Assembly: GCA_944367565.1 (NCBI GenBank)
Contig: CALVWR010000011.1
Coordinates: 92-64,091 of the forward strand
DNA from: an uncultured Clostridia bacterium
Lineage (GTDB): Bacteria > Bacillota > Clostridia > Christensenellales > Borkfalkiaceae
Length of the DNA: 64,000 bases
Direction of reading: 5' to 3'
Under the pieces are notes generated by a model. That model was not told the DNA's origin. It searched no databases and saw only the letters and a program-made list of their open reading frames with translations. The translations under genes and the position numbers were made by a program. Shown here one piece after another: positions 9,614 to 19,125 of this stretch (positions are counted from its first letter, which is position 1; each line of letters begins with the position of its first letter).

Positions 9614-10390
9614 TTACCCCTGTTTTGATGCCGTTCTTGCAAGATATTCGTCGGTAAGTGCGTCGTATGCCCGTGCGCCTGCGCATTTCGGATCGTGCAG
9701 TAAGATCGGTACGCCGTGACTGGGCGCTTCCGAAAGACGGATGTTGCGCGGAATCACCGTGTCGAACATACGCTTGCCGAAGTATTTGCGTATTTCTGCC
9801 GCGATCTGTCGGGAAATGACCGCGCGACTGTCGCACATCGTCAGGACAACGCCCTCGATTTTGAGTTTGTCGTTGAGATGTTTCACCACCAGCTTGATGG
9901 TATTGATCAGCTGGCTTAATCCTTCCATCGCATAGTATTCGCTCTGAATGGGAATGATCACCGTATCTGCCGCGGATAATGCGTTGATGGTGAGAAGCCC
10001 CAGCGAGGGAGGACAGTCGATGGCGATGTAATCGTAAAAACCTTTGACCTCTCCCAACATTTTTTTAAGCACGCTTTCCCGATCTTTCATGTAAACAAGT
10101 TCGACTTCCGCGCCGGCAAGATCGATGTTTGACGGCAACAGATCGAGATTCGCAATGGACGTCTTGATTGCGAGACTCGGGATGGGAACCTCGTCGATCA
10201 GCGCGTTGTATACGGAGTTTTTTACTTCCGATTTTGCAAAACCGAGACCCGTGGTCGCGTTTCCCTGCGGATCCAGATCGACGAGCAGGACCTTTTTCCC
10301 CTTTACGGCGAGATATGCCGCCATATTGACACAGGTCGTCGTTTTTCCGACGCCCCCTTTCTGATTTGAAAATGCGATAATCTTACCCAT
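9614..10390 (-). CDS. parA: Chromosome partitioning ATPase ParA/Soj
   Basis: MGKIIAFSNQKGGVGKTTT is the deviant Walker A motif. It also has DLDPQGNAT and IDCPPSLG. The 258-aa gene lies 5 nt upstream of parB. Confidence 0.95.
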   Translation of the reverse strand: MGKIIAFSNQKGGVGKTTTCVNMAAYLAVKGKKVLLVDLDPQGNATTGLGFAKSEVKNSVYNALIDEVPIPSLAIKTSIANLDLLPSNIDLAGAEVELVYMKDRESVLKKMLGEVKGFYDYIAIDCPPSLGLLTINALSAADTVIIPIQSEYYAMEGLSQLINTIKLVVKHLNDKLKIEGVVLTMCDSRAVISRQIAAEIRKYFGKRMFDTVIPRNIRLSEAPSHGVPILLHDPKCAGARAYDALTDEYLARTASKQG

Positions 10391-10426
10391 AAATCCGCTC
10401 CGCTTTTGTTTACGATGATTTCTCGG

Positions 10427-12625
10427 CTATTTCCCGGCGCCGTCGTGTTTGTCGCCGTCCGACTTCGCTTCGTCCGTTTCCTTCCCGTCTTCCGCCGATT
10501 CTTTTTCCTTGTCCGGTTCGTCCACGATCACGTTCTTCCCGCCTCTTGCAAACGGATTTTCCTGTAATGTCTTTTCGTTTTCGTCCATGAACTTTTCAAT
10601 CTCTTCCAAAGATTTACCGTCCATCAGCATATCCACTTCTTCCGTAAAGATCGTCTCCCGTTCGACAAGCAAACGCGCCATATTGTCGAGAAGTTTTCGG
10701 TTTTCCGAAAGGATGGAACGCGCTTTTCCCAACGACTCCATCACAATCTTATTGACTTCTTCGTCGATGATCCCCGCCGTCTCTTCGCTGTAATTCACAT
10801 GGGATGCCATATCCCTTCCGATAAAGACTTCCTGGTCGCTGCCGTAGGAAATCGGACCTACGCGATCGCTCATGCCCCATTCGGTCACCATCAGCCGCGC
10901 CCGTTTCGTCACCGCTTTGATATCGCCCGACGCCCCCGCCGAGATGTCTTTGATCACCAGCTCTTCCGCAACTCTTCCGCCGAGCGTCATGACGATATCG
11001 TCAAGCAGCTTCGCCTTCGTAAGATGATTGTCGTCGTTGTCCGGCATGGTCATCGTATATCCTGCCGCCTGCCCTCTCGGAATGATGGAAACTTCATGTA
11101 CCGGATCGCAGTTCGGTAAAAGTTTTGCAAGGATCGCGTGTCCCGATTCGTGATACGCCGTGATGCGCTTATCCGTTTCCGTGATAAGCCTGCTCTTCTT
11201 CTGCGGCCCCAACAGCACTTTGTTGATGCCCTCGTATAAATCCTTGTTCGTGATCACTTTCCTGTTCGCCCGCGCCGCGAGAATCGCCGCTTCGTTCAGC
11301 AGATTTTCAAGATCCGCTCCCGAAAAACCGCTGGTCATCCGCGCTACCGTCTTGAAATTTACGTCCGGCGCCATCGGCTTGTTCCTGGCGTGTACCTTCA
11401 ATATCGCTTCCCGTCCTTTTACATCGGGCGTGTTGACGTAGATCTGTCTGTCAAATCTACCTGGACGCAACAATGCCGGATCGAGAATGTCCGCACGGTT
11501 GGTCGCCGCCATCACGATGATGCCTTCGTTGGTCTCGAATCCGTCCATCTGCACGAGCAGCTGGTTCAGCGTCTGTTCGCGTTCGTCGTGACCGCCGCCG
11601 AGACCCGTACCCCTCTGCCGACCTACCGCGTCAATCTCATCGATAAACACGATACAGGGCTGACTCTTCTTCGCCGCGTCAAATAAATCGCGCACCCGCG
11701 ACGCTCCTACGCCGACGAACATCTCCACGAAATCCGAACCGCTGATCGAGAAAAACGGCACGCCCGCTTCTCCCGCAACCGCCTTCGCAAACAGGGTTTT
11801 ACCCGTTCCCGGAGGCCCTACAAGCAGTACGCCCTTCGGAATCCGCGCGCCGAGTTCGGAAAACTTTTTCGGATTTTTCAGAAATTCCACCACTTCCGCA
11901 AGTTCGGCTTTTTCCTCATCCGCCCCGGCTACGTCGGTGAATCGAACCTTCAGATTGTGCAACTGCCGCGCGTTGGTCTTCGCAAAATTCATGGCGCTCT
12001 TCGTCCCGCCGCCCATCGACCGCGATATAAAGATGAATGCCACCACCATAAGCGCAATCATGATCACATACGGAATGATCGACGACCAGATCGAGCCTGC
12101 ATTGGGATCGGTTCCTTCATAAACGATTTCCGCTCCGTCTGCGGCGCTCTGATTGATGTGCCGCAAGGCGTCTTTATACAGCGTTACATCGTCCGAATTC
12201 ATCAGAATCGTCGAATACGTGCGCACAATATCGGCCGCGCCGCCGGACAGACGGTATGTTACGGCAATATAAATATTGTAATTGCTGAATTGTACTTCGT
12301 TGATCTTTGCCGAAGTAGCGTCAATCCGATCCAGTTGCGCTTTCAAGGTCTTATCGGATCTCAGAATTATCATAGCATCCGCCTTACCCGTCGTCGTCGT
12401 CACGACTTCCGTGATCGGATTGCCTGCGGAATCCTGTCCGATTACTTTTTCGGTCCGGACAATTCCGATAGCTTGCTCAAAAATGCTGTTATCGATTTTC
12501 GTTGAGCCGGCACATGAACTGGTAAACGAAAACACGGCGATTAACGCAACAATAACGGCCAATACGCCTATTAAAATGCCGGTGTTGGATTTTTTCAATG
12601 ATGTCCCTCCTCGGAAAGATCGCAA
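10427..12625 (-). CDS. ftsH: ATP-dependent zinc metalloprotease FtsH
   Basis: [23 protein letters not shown] (Walker A), [10 protein letters not shown] (Walker B), SRH region [18 protein letters not shown] and HESGHA zinc site. The predicted ectodomain between the two TM helices is ~145 aa, longer than I expect for FtsH. The C-terminus is an acidic tail. Confidence 0.97.
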   Translation of the reverse strand: MRSFRGGTSLKKSNTGILIGVLAVIVALIAVFSFTSSCAGSTKIDNSIFEQAIGIVRTEKVIGQDSAGNPITEVVTTTTGKADAMIILRSDKTLKAQLDRIDATSAKINEVQFSNYNIYIAVTYRLSGGAADIVRTYSTILMNSDDVTLYKDALRHINQSAADGAEIVYEGTDPNAGSIWSSIIPYVIMIALMVVAFIFISRSMGGGTKSAMNFAKTNARQLHNLKVRFTDVAGADEEKAELAEVVEFLKNPKKFSELGARIPKGVLLVGPPGTGKTLFAKAVAGEAGVPFFSISGSDFVEMFVGVGASRVRDLFDAAKKSQPCIVFIDEIDAVGRQRGTGLGGGHDEREQTLNQLLVQMDGFETNEGIIVMAATNRADILDPALLRPGRFDRQIYVNTPDVKGREAILKVHARNKPMAPDVNFKTVARMTSGFSGADLENLLNEAAILAARANRKVITNKDLYEGINKVLLGPQKKSRLITETDKRITAYHESGHAILAKLLPNCDPVHEVSIIPRGQAAGYTMTMPDNDDNHLTKAKLLDDIVMTLGGRVAEELVIKDISAGASGDIKAVTKRARLMVTEWGMSDRVGPISYGSDQEVFIGRDMASHVNYSEETAGIIDEEVNKIVMESLGKARSILSENRKLLDNMARLLVERETIFTEEVDMLMDGKSLEEIEKFMDENEKTLQENPFARGGKNVIVDEPDKEKESAEDGKETDEAKSDGDKHDGAGK

Positions 12626-12734
12626 AAAGCCGATCCTCCGCTTTTTTAATTTTAATTCGCTCTGAATCGAAGAATACGGATATTATTACCGCCCTACATA
12701 CGATTCATAATGTATTTTTTTACTTTTGATGCGA

Positions 12735-13563
12735 AATCCGAAGAATTCCGCCGTCATAATTTTGCCTGTGTGGTTTTGTCCGGCGCCCGTCAGATTTCCT
12801 GCAGAATCTCACATGCCGAAGATCCCATCCTCGGATCGGCACTCACCGTGCTTTAGTTTACATGATTTCGGCTGAAGTCTTATCTAAACATCGGCGCACG
12901 TTATGATTTTGCATATAGATTCGACTGAATTTTGTCTGTGTAACGGTGCTTGTTTTCATCCCGTCTACGAGGTTTGTTTCAGTTGAATTTTTCCCGCGCG
13001 ACGGTGCTTGTTTTGGTTTCGCCTACACGGTTTCGGTTGAAGTTTGTGCAATGTCGGCGCACGTTATGTTTTCGCGTAAATGGCTTTGTTCGGCTCCTGC
13101 CGAATTTTCTGCCGGAAATTTTGCCGGCACGGTTTCGTCCGGCGCCTGTCAGATTTCCTGCAAAATCTCACCTGCCGAAGATCCCACCCGCGCGGTTTCG
13201 TCCGGCGCCTGCCGAATTTTTTGCCGAAAATTTTGCCTGTATGGTTTTGTCCGGCGCCCGTCAGATTTCCTGCAGAATCTCACCTGCCGAAGATCCCATC
13301 CTCGGATCGGCACTCACCGTGCTTTAGTCTACATGATTTCGGTTGAAGTCTTATCTAAACATCGACGCACGTTCTGTTTTTGCATATAGATTCGACTGAA
13401 TTTGTCTGTGTAACGGTGCTTGTTTTCATCCCGTCTACGAGGTTTGTTTCAGTTGAATTTTTCCCGCGCGATGGTGCTTGTTTTCATCCCGTCTACGAGG
13501 TTTGTTTCAGTTGAATTTTTCCCGCGCGACGGTGCTTGTTTTGATTTCGCCTACACGGTTTTG
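12735..13563. repeat. Non-coding mosaic of nested direct repeats
   Basis: A ~276-bp segment starting at 12760 recurs at 13231 (period 471 bp) with scattered substitutions. A 58-bp unit (ggtgcttgttttcatcccgtctacgaggtttgtttcagttgaatttttcccgcgcgay) begins at 12945, 13415 and 13473, with partial copies at 13003 and 13531. A ~55-bp segment (gtccggcgccygtcagatttcctgcaraatctcac.tgccgaagatccca) occurs at ~12778, ~13138 and ~13249. Confidence 0.9.
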
Positions 13564-14011
13564 CTGAAAACTCGCTTAAGCGTCGGTGCTTATCTCAAAA
13601 TGTACGGAGTTCGCAATATACGTAAAAACGCAAATAAAATACTCGAAATATTGTATTTAAATCAATTGCGCTCCAAACTGTACATTAATTTATAATGCGC
13701 GCCGTTTCTTTCAAATTCAGGCGCTCCGTAATTGCGTAGTATTTGTCCTGAAGCCTAAAATGACCTCATTAAATGAAATTTAATTTAACGTTTTATAAAA
13801 ATTCCGTATCAAATTATATAAATATAATTATTATAACGCGAAATCTGCCATCGTACAGGAAATGATAAACAAGGTCGCCGATAGACCGGCGGACAGTGCA
13901 TCTTTTCAATTACATCGGTGCGCCGGATGCGAAAGACATTGCCAACACTATGGGCAAGCGATTGAAAGTCAAACTATTAACCGCATAAGCTGAATTTCGT
14001 TCTGTTCTACC

Positions 14012-14197
14012 CGTTTTGGCTTTAAAATCATCAGGGGCGCCGAGGATTGTGTAGCATTTGCTAAATCCTGTTAAAAAGCATTACGCATTATAAAACTTCA
14101 ATTTTTACAGGATAACTTTAAAATTTTTACTTTATCCTGTTTTAAATTTATACATCATTCTGTTGCGCGTTTTGGCTTTAAAATCATCAGGGGCGCC
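14012..14197. repeat. Two perfect 30-bp direct repeats bracketing ATCCTGT-type inverted repeats
   Basis: cgttttggctttaaaatcatcaggggcgcc occurs at 14012-14041 and 14168-14197, each preceded by ttctgtt. Between them lie aggatt(15 nt)aatcct and acaggataa(16 nt)ttatcctgt. Confidence 0.85.
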
Positions 14198-15241
14198 TAA
14201 ACTTACACAGAATGCGTCTTGCTTTCAGAAGTGCCGTAAACTGTATTGGCGCAGAAATTTGTTTAAGCGCAACTTTAAATTTTCTCTAAAACACAGAACG
14301 CTGCAATTATAATCAATAAATATTTATTATTGCTATTTATTATTTATAAATAAAATAAAAATTTAACTAAACAATAAAAATCACAATAAAAACTGGTACA
14401 ATCTTAATATATCTGATCCGATTTTATGAGCGGATAATACAATATATAAAATATAAAGTAACCCAACTATATAAAAAAAAGATTGAAATAGCATTGAAAG
14501 AGATAAGTTTTATAACATAATTGCCTGAAATCAAATAAAATAAAATGCGCTAAAATATTACTTAAAATCTATCTTCTCTGTGCGTTAAAATACCCGCTAA
14601 AACATTCTTTTTTAGTTTACGTAAGTAAAGCGAAAATCATACATTGCGACTTATAAATTGTATTAAAAATATATTAAAAACATTTTATCACAATTGCCGG
14701 CAAAAGACAATATATTTTTCAATAATTTTACAAAAAAAACACATCATGAGAAAATTGGCATACAAAACAAAACTGAAATTTCTAACAATATACTAAATGA
14801 TACGACATGATCCAAATTAAAATTAAAGTTAAAACAAAAGCGCGTTATTGCGTTTTTAGTCATAAAAAACGCGCTTGTTAATTAAAATTTTAAAATTTAT
14901 TATTTTAACAAAAATGTACTAAAAATAGCCGACTATTTTTAAGTCCGATCATAATGTCAGGTTGCTACTTATATATTTTTAAAATTTTCTTTATGGCAAA
15001 ACAATTCAGATCTAACCGCAATACATTAAAACGATAAACAACCCCTTTATTTCAAGTAAACTTAATTAAATTACGTAGCAAAATGTTATGCAAAATAAAA
15101 TGCCACAATGCGCAAATAATTAAATGTAATTTTTATTTAAAAACTATGGATATTTATAAAAATAAACAAGCTGTTTTCAACAATTGTATTGTATAAACAA
15201 TGTCAAAGTGATTATCGGCATTTTTTATTTTGCTTTCATAA

Positions 15242-15257
15242 TGTTTCACGTGAAACA
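15242..15257. promoter_or_regulatory. parS: parS site 1 (ParB-binding centromere-like palindrome)
   Basis: TGTTTCACGTGAAACA is a perfect 16-bp palindrome matching the Firmicutes parS consensus TGTTNCACGTGAAACA. The palindrome extends to 18 bp (ATGTTTCACGTGAAACAT, 15241-15258). Confidence 0.85.
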
Positions 15258-15269
15258 TTTATCAGGCGA

Positions 15270-15285
15270 TGTTTCACGTGAAACA
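15270..15285. promoter_or_regulatory. parS: parS site 2
   Basis: An identical 18-bp palindrome at 15269-15286, 28 bp centre-to-centre from site 1. Confidence 0.85.
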
Positions 15286-16429
15286 TCGCTCAAAACATAA
15301 TAGTCTGAGACAAAATACAATATATTTTATGCCGATAAAAATTTATGCCATTCTGTCTCAGCTCGTTAAAATGCAAATTTTTTATGGTTATTTTATTCAG
15401 AAATTTAAGACAATTTGACGGTAATTTTAACGTAAACAATATAATACTATGGTTTCGGACGTTCTGCAAAGTATGTTTTTATTTTAAGCTGTTGCTTATG
15501 CTTGCACATTAGAAATTTCAGCAAGCATATAAACTATAAATTAATCAAAAAAATGGCGTAATTTTTGCAAGAATAATAATGTTTTAATTGTAAGATAGTA
15601 TAATTATAATTTTTTCGGCAACAAAGCGAATGTAAATATAATTTTGCATAGTAATTTATCCTTTAAAAATTAAAATATAGTAATGTGCGCATTTGATTTA
15701 TACAACTTTATGTTTAAAATATGACTTAATATGCATAAAAATTGGCAGGAAAATGTTTTTTAGTAAATAAAATTAAAATTTTTTGGTTTTAGTGATAAAT
15801 TATTTATAAAATACTGAAAAACTTATAATTTGGCGGTGAGAAAATGCGTTTTAATATTTTATTAGTGATTAAATTTTATGCGCTTAAATAAAAATATTTA
15901 ATCATTTTATTTTTAATTAAAGTACTGATTTTAAGCGTAATTTCTTTATTGAAAATAGGGCAATTTTATACAAATGATCACTCATAATAATTTTAACGAT
16001 GAAAATACATTATAATTAAGGGTCTATTTTGCGTATTTGATAAGTGCAAAATTTTAATAAAATTGATTTATTTAGCGCATGTATTTATTATATTTTTGAG
16101 CCAAAAAACTTATCTGTGTATTTTTTCTTTAAAAATTAAACAGCTATTTTGCGTGCGTATTTACGGTTTCTTTATAGTGGATCGGTTAAATTTTGCGTAG
16201 CGCAAAAAACAATTTATTTTTTTGATTTAAATAAGTTTGGCGCAAATATATTATAATTTTTATGCATGTTTGTTTAAAATAAGCGCAAAGCATTATTAAA
16301 GGATTATTTTATTTATTAAGTAGAAGCAAAATTAAAGCGAATATTTATAAATTAAATTATAATATATCTATATTTATTTTTTTGTTCTTTTCGGTTGAAA
16401 TGTTATGGAACAAGTTCATCCGAAATATC

Positions 16430-16458
16430 TTGCTATTGCAAAGAAATTATGTTACAAT
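16430..16458 (+). promoter_or_regulatory. Candidate sigma-A type promoter for the 16507 gene
   Basis: TTGCTA (16430-16435), a 17-nt spacer, then TACAAT (16453-16458), ~50 nt upstream of the ATG. Confidence 0.4.
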
Positions 16459-16506
16459 AATCAAAAAGTACAGTGTATGCTATTATAGCGGGAGCGAGAT
16501 GTTTTA

Positions 16507-17246
16507 TGCGTAAAAGCAGCAAGGCGGCAATTATTACGATGATCGTTTTATTTATTTTGAACTTTGTCGTGATTGTGCCGTATATTGTTTTTCCGGCAGG
16601 GAAATTGCCTGCATATGAAATGTTTGAGGAGCTTTCTTCTGTACGGACATGGCTTGATGAAAACGGTGTTGATGTTCAGGATGTGGGGAAAGACAGTTAT
16701 CTCGGCGATACGGAGACGGTGGATTCCGTTAATGTTTCGTTCCTTTATGCAGGAGAATACTATCGGTTGTCGGCTCATATTTTTGAAACGAAAGAGGCGT
16801 TGCGGAATTATTATGCATCACGAACGGGATACGGAACGGATCTGGATCAAGGGGAATACTTTACCGCATATTATTTTTCCACTTCTTTCTGCGCATTTGA
16901 AGGAAACAGACTGATTGCGTTGTCGGGCGGGGATTATCTGGCGTTTTTGCAGGTTTTCGGAGATCTTTTCGGAAAAGAGGAGAATGCGACAAGTTCGGAA
17001 AGCGGACAGAGCGCGGCAAGTTCGGAAAGCTGTCGGAGTGCGATGGTTTCGGAAAGTGGGCAGGGCGCGGTAAGTTTGCAAAGTGTACAGAGCGCGATAG
17101 TTTCGGAAAGCAGGCAGGGCGCGGTAAGTTTCCAAAGTGTACAGAGCGCGATAGTTTCGGAAAGTAGGCAGAGCGCGGTAAGTTCGGAATGCGGACAGAG
17201 TGCGGTGCTGAAGATCGTGAAGGGGGCGCAAAATGTTTCAATTTAA
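16507..17246 (+). CDS. Hypothetical membrane-anchored protein with a C-terminal 9-aa tandem repeat region
   Basis: MRKSSKAAIITMIVLFILNFVVIVPYIVF is an N-terminal anchor. A soluble domain of unknown family follows, then eight nonapeptide repeats. G+C is lower than in the surrounding core genes. The tracked ORF starts at 16473. Confidence 0.6.
16992..17207 (+). repeat. 8 x 27-bp in-frame tandem repeat
   Basis: Units start at 16992, 17019, 17046, 17073, 17100, 17127, 17154 and 17181. They encode SSESGQSAA / SSESCRSAM / VSESGQGAV / SLQSVQSAI / VSESRQGAV / SFQSVQSAI / VSESRQSAV / SSECGQSAV. Confidence 0.9.
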
Positions 17247-17997
17247 AAAAGGAGAGATTGCAACTTATATAATTTTGTTGTTTTTAACGGGATTATTCAG
17301 CATTTTATTGTTGGCGAAAGGATATCCCGCATGGTTTTTGTTTGCGTCGGCGGTAGTGATTATTCCCTGTGCGGGAATGCTCATCGCAATTTTGTGCAGG
17401 AACAAAGTACTTTCTGGGGCGGAGGCGTATCTTTCGGAAGAAAATTATAAAAAATTCGATGCTTACGCGGCAAAACATGAAAATCGGTATTTTTTTATAA
17501 GAGTTTACGCAATACTTTCCTTGCTTGAACGTGGAGATGCCGACGGTTTTCTGAAAGCATACGAAGCGTATGGAGAAAAAAACAAAATATCCAAAGACTG
17601 GCTGTATAAGCTGGAGGCATATAAGGTATTTTATCAACTTTTGAGCAAAGGAGAAATTTCGTTGAAAACCGTGAATCGGTTAGAAAGTACGATATCGGCT
17701 GAGGAAGTGGAGCGGGAACGGTGTATCTGTAAGATGCTGGATTACTATAATAAGGGGGATTTGGAACGGGCGATCAAGCAGCTCGGATGGTATGAAGAGA
17801 AAGGCGGCAGGCGATTTTTGAATTTTATGTACGGTTATGTTTGCAATCTGATCGAAGAAGCGGCAAGCGAAGGAGAGCTGCAAGTCGGAGAAAAGGTAAA
17901 AAGTGCGGCTTATAATGATTTTTTGCGGCAGGGAGCAAGTCGGTTTGACGCGTTAGCAAATCAAAGAAAACGGAAAACGGAGCGTAATCCTGAATAA
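17233..17997 (+). CDS. Hypothetical membrane protein with a helical-repeat (TPR-like) soluble domain
   Basis: 254 aa, with an aaggggg RBS. It has two N-terminal TM helices and an alpha-helical Lys/Glu/Tyr-rich remainder. It overlaps the upstream gene by 14 nt. No family recognised. Confidence 0.55.
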   Translation: MFQFKKGEIATYIILLFLTGLFSILLLAKGYPAWFLFASAVVIIPCAGMLIAILCRNKVLSGAEAYLSEENYKKFDAYAAKHENRYFFIRVYAILSLLERGDADGFLKAYEAYGEKNKISKDWLYKLEAYKVFYQLLSKGEISLKTVNRLESTISAEEVERERCICKMLDYYNKGDLERAIKQLGWYEEKGGRRFLNFMYGYVCNLIEEAASEGELQVGEKVKSAAYNDFLRQGASRFDALANQRKRKTERNPE

Positions 17998-18088
17998 AGA
18001 GAAAGCGTAAAGAGTGAAGGTGCGCGCAATGGAAATATAAAATTGTCGTGCGCTTAAAACCGCGTTCTGTTTTGTATAGCGTAAAAAA

Positions 18089-18244
18089 GAAATTGTCAAA
18101 TCAATTGCAACACCGCATAAGATCTTCTTGAAATAAATCTATCGGGGTTTTAAAATATAAAACCTGATGAAATGTCAAACCAAGTGCAACACCGGATAAG
18201 ATTTTCTTGAAATAAATCGATCGGAGTTTTGAAATATAAAACCT
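18089..18244. repeat. Two tandem ~78-bp repeats carrying IS30 terminal-repeat-like sequence
   Basis: Units at 18089-18165 and 18166-18244. Each contains tgtcaaa(t/c)caa(t/g)tgcaacaccg(c/g)ataag, similar to the right end of the intact IS30 (cttgacaattcatcttgcaactgatttgc, 978-1006). Confidence 0.7.
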
Positions 18245-18249
18245 TTTTA

Positions 18250-18281
18250 GACCCGGCGTTAATTAACGTCGGGTTTTTTTC
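18250..18281 (+). terminator. Hairpin plus T-run (intrinsic terminator-like)
   Basis: acccggcgtt aatt aacgtcgggt forms a stem with one mismatch and is followed by ttttttt. It abuts the truncated 3' end of the IS30 remnant. Confidence 0.55.
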
Positions 18282-19125
18282 AAAGTTGCGGGACTTATTC
18301 CGGACAAGATTCTGTCTTTATGACAGAACTCTATGAACAGACCGCTCATATTCGTTTGTACCTTTCTGCCACGCACAATACGGATCTGCAAAAAGATTTT
18401 GCGTTTCAAGCCGTTTTCTATTTCTATCTAACAAGCAAATTCGCTTCCACGGTTTAAGGCGATGGTTTTTACCGTTATTTAGGGGAGTTTGCTCAACATG
18501 GAGCTCATCGCATTTGCCATCGTTTCACCTGTTCTGTCCGCAATTTTCATCGCTGTATAATACCTTATTTTTCTTTCCGCAAGCGTGGCAAAGCATGCTT
18601 TGCTTTTCCCTTTGCGCCGAAAAGCAATGTTTCCAAAACCGAAAGATCGACGCCGTCAAAGAAGATAAATGCGTGACGGAAAAAGAAAAAAGCGGTGCAC
18701 GCGCCCGGCTAAACCGGCTCCTTGAAAGAATTGCAAAAATATCGAGAAAATAAATTTGTGCTATAAACAAGAATCGAATGACAAAAAATTATCGGAGCAG
18801 AATTCATAAACTTAAGTGTAATGAATTTACAGAAGATTTTATGTTTGCGAAACCGATACATACACCATGGTTACGGATATATTACAAGGCTCCTTTGCAC
18901 AAAAGGATATTGAAATGATGAATTATAAAACAAAAAATAAATTTTTGTGCCGTATACGGATAATATCTCGGTATATCCCTGAAAAACGTACAGTTCCGTC
19001 ACAATTCTCGATACCGAACTCACATTTCTACCGAGAAGTCTTGCAATTTCCCGATAACTTTTTCTTTTTATATAGTATTCTTGTAGCCGACAGGATTCTT
19101 CCATGGTAAAATGATGATAGTTCAT
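18282..19125 (-). pseudogene. Decayed, 3'-truncated IS30-family transposase gene
   Basis: The 84-aa N-terminal fragment MNYHHFTMEESCRLQEYYIKRKSYREIARLLGRNVSSVSR is ~80% identical to the start of the intact copy. The reverse complement of 18571-18615 is identical to 541-585 over 45 nt. Further similarity runs down to ~18282, interrupted by frameshifts and stops. Confidence 0.85.

Larger units (their letters stand above)
13600..16470. other. ~2.9 kb extremely AT-rich block with no ORF of 60 aa or more on either strand
   Basis: The supplied six-frame track has no entry between 13695 and 16473. Hand count of 14281-14340 gives 13 G/C in 60 nt (~22%), against 36/60 in ftsH at 10441-10500. Short GC-containing islands (many GCGCA motifs) are scattered through an A/T background. 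Confidence 0.9.

Noticed and set aside
8697-9836. N-terminal extensions of tracked ORFs: parB to 9836, CDF from 31449, PfkB from 56273, AraC to 33997, lipoprotein to 7105 and permease from 44087.
   Set aside because: The extensions are Arg-rich or overlap the upstream gene. They lack family similarity, and internal ATGs with good RBSs reproduce the canonical N-termini.
12735-13563. CRISPR array.
   Set aside because: The repeats are 55-276 bp long, nested and irregularly spaced. The sequences between them are themselves repeated, so there are no unique spacers, and no cas genes occur in the window.
12735-13563. Diversity-generating retroelement (template/variable repeat pair).
   Set aside because: Differences between the two ~276-bp copies involve all base types rather than adenine-specific changes. 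No reverse transcriptase is present, and the repeats do not lie in the 3' end of a target gene.
12946-13695. ORFs of 88-147 aa inside the repeat mosaic (12946-13389, 12950-13327, 13080-13346 and 13420-13695).
   Set aside because: They overlap one another in different frames and have no RBS. Their peptide repetition simply mirrors the DNA repeats, and their composition (Cys/Phe/Arg-rich) is not protein-like.
13862-13996. A 44-aa Cys-containing ORF (MINKVADRPADSASFQLHRCAGCERHCQHYGQAIESQTINRIS) in the slightly GC-richer patch of the AT-rich block.
   Set aside because: The only purine-rich stretch (agga) lies 1-2 nt from the ATG, too close for an RBS. I cannot assess homology, and an ORF this short is easily produced by chance.
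15212-15338. Invertible promoter (inverton) formed by ttatcggcat / atgccgataa around the parS pair.
   Set aside because: No site-specific recombinase gene is nearby. The arms are only 10 bp long in AT-rich DNA, and no promoter-like element was evident between them.
13600-16470. Canonical DnaA-dependent oriC.
   Set aside because: I found no TTATCCACA/TGTGGATAA box, with zero or one mismatch, by manual reading. There is no dnaA or dnaN gene within 64 kb. The origin idea is kept only as a hypothesis to test by GC skew, not as a feature call.
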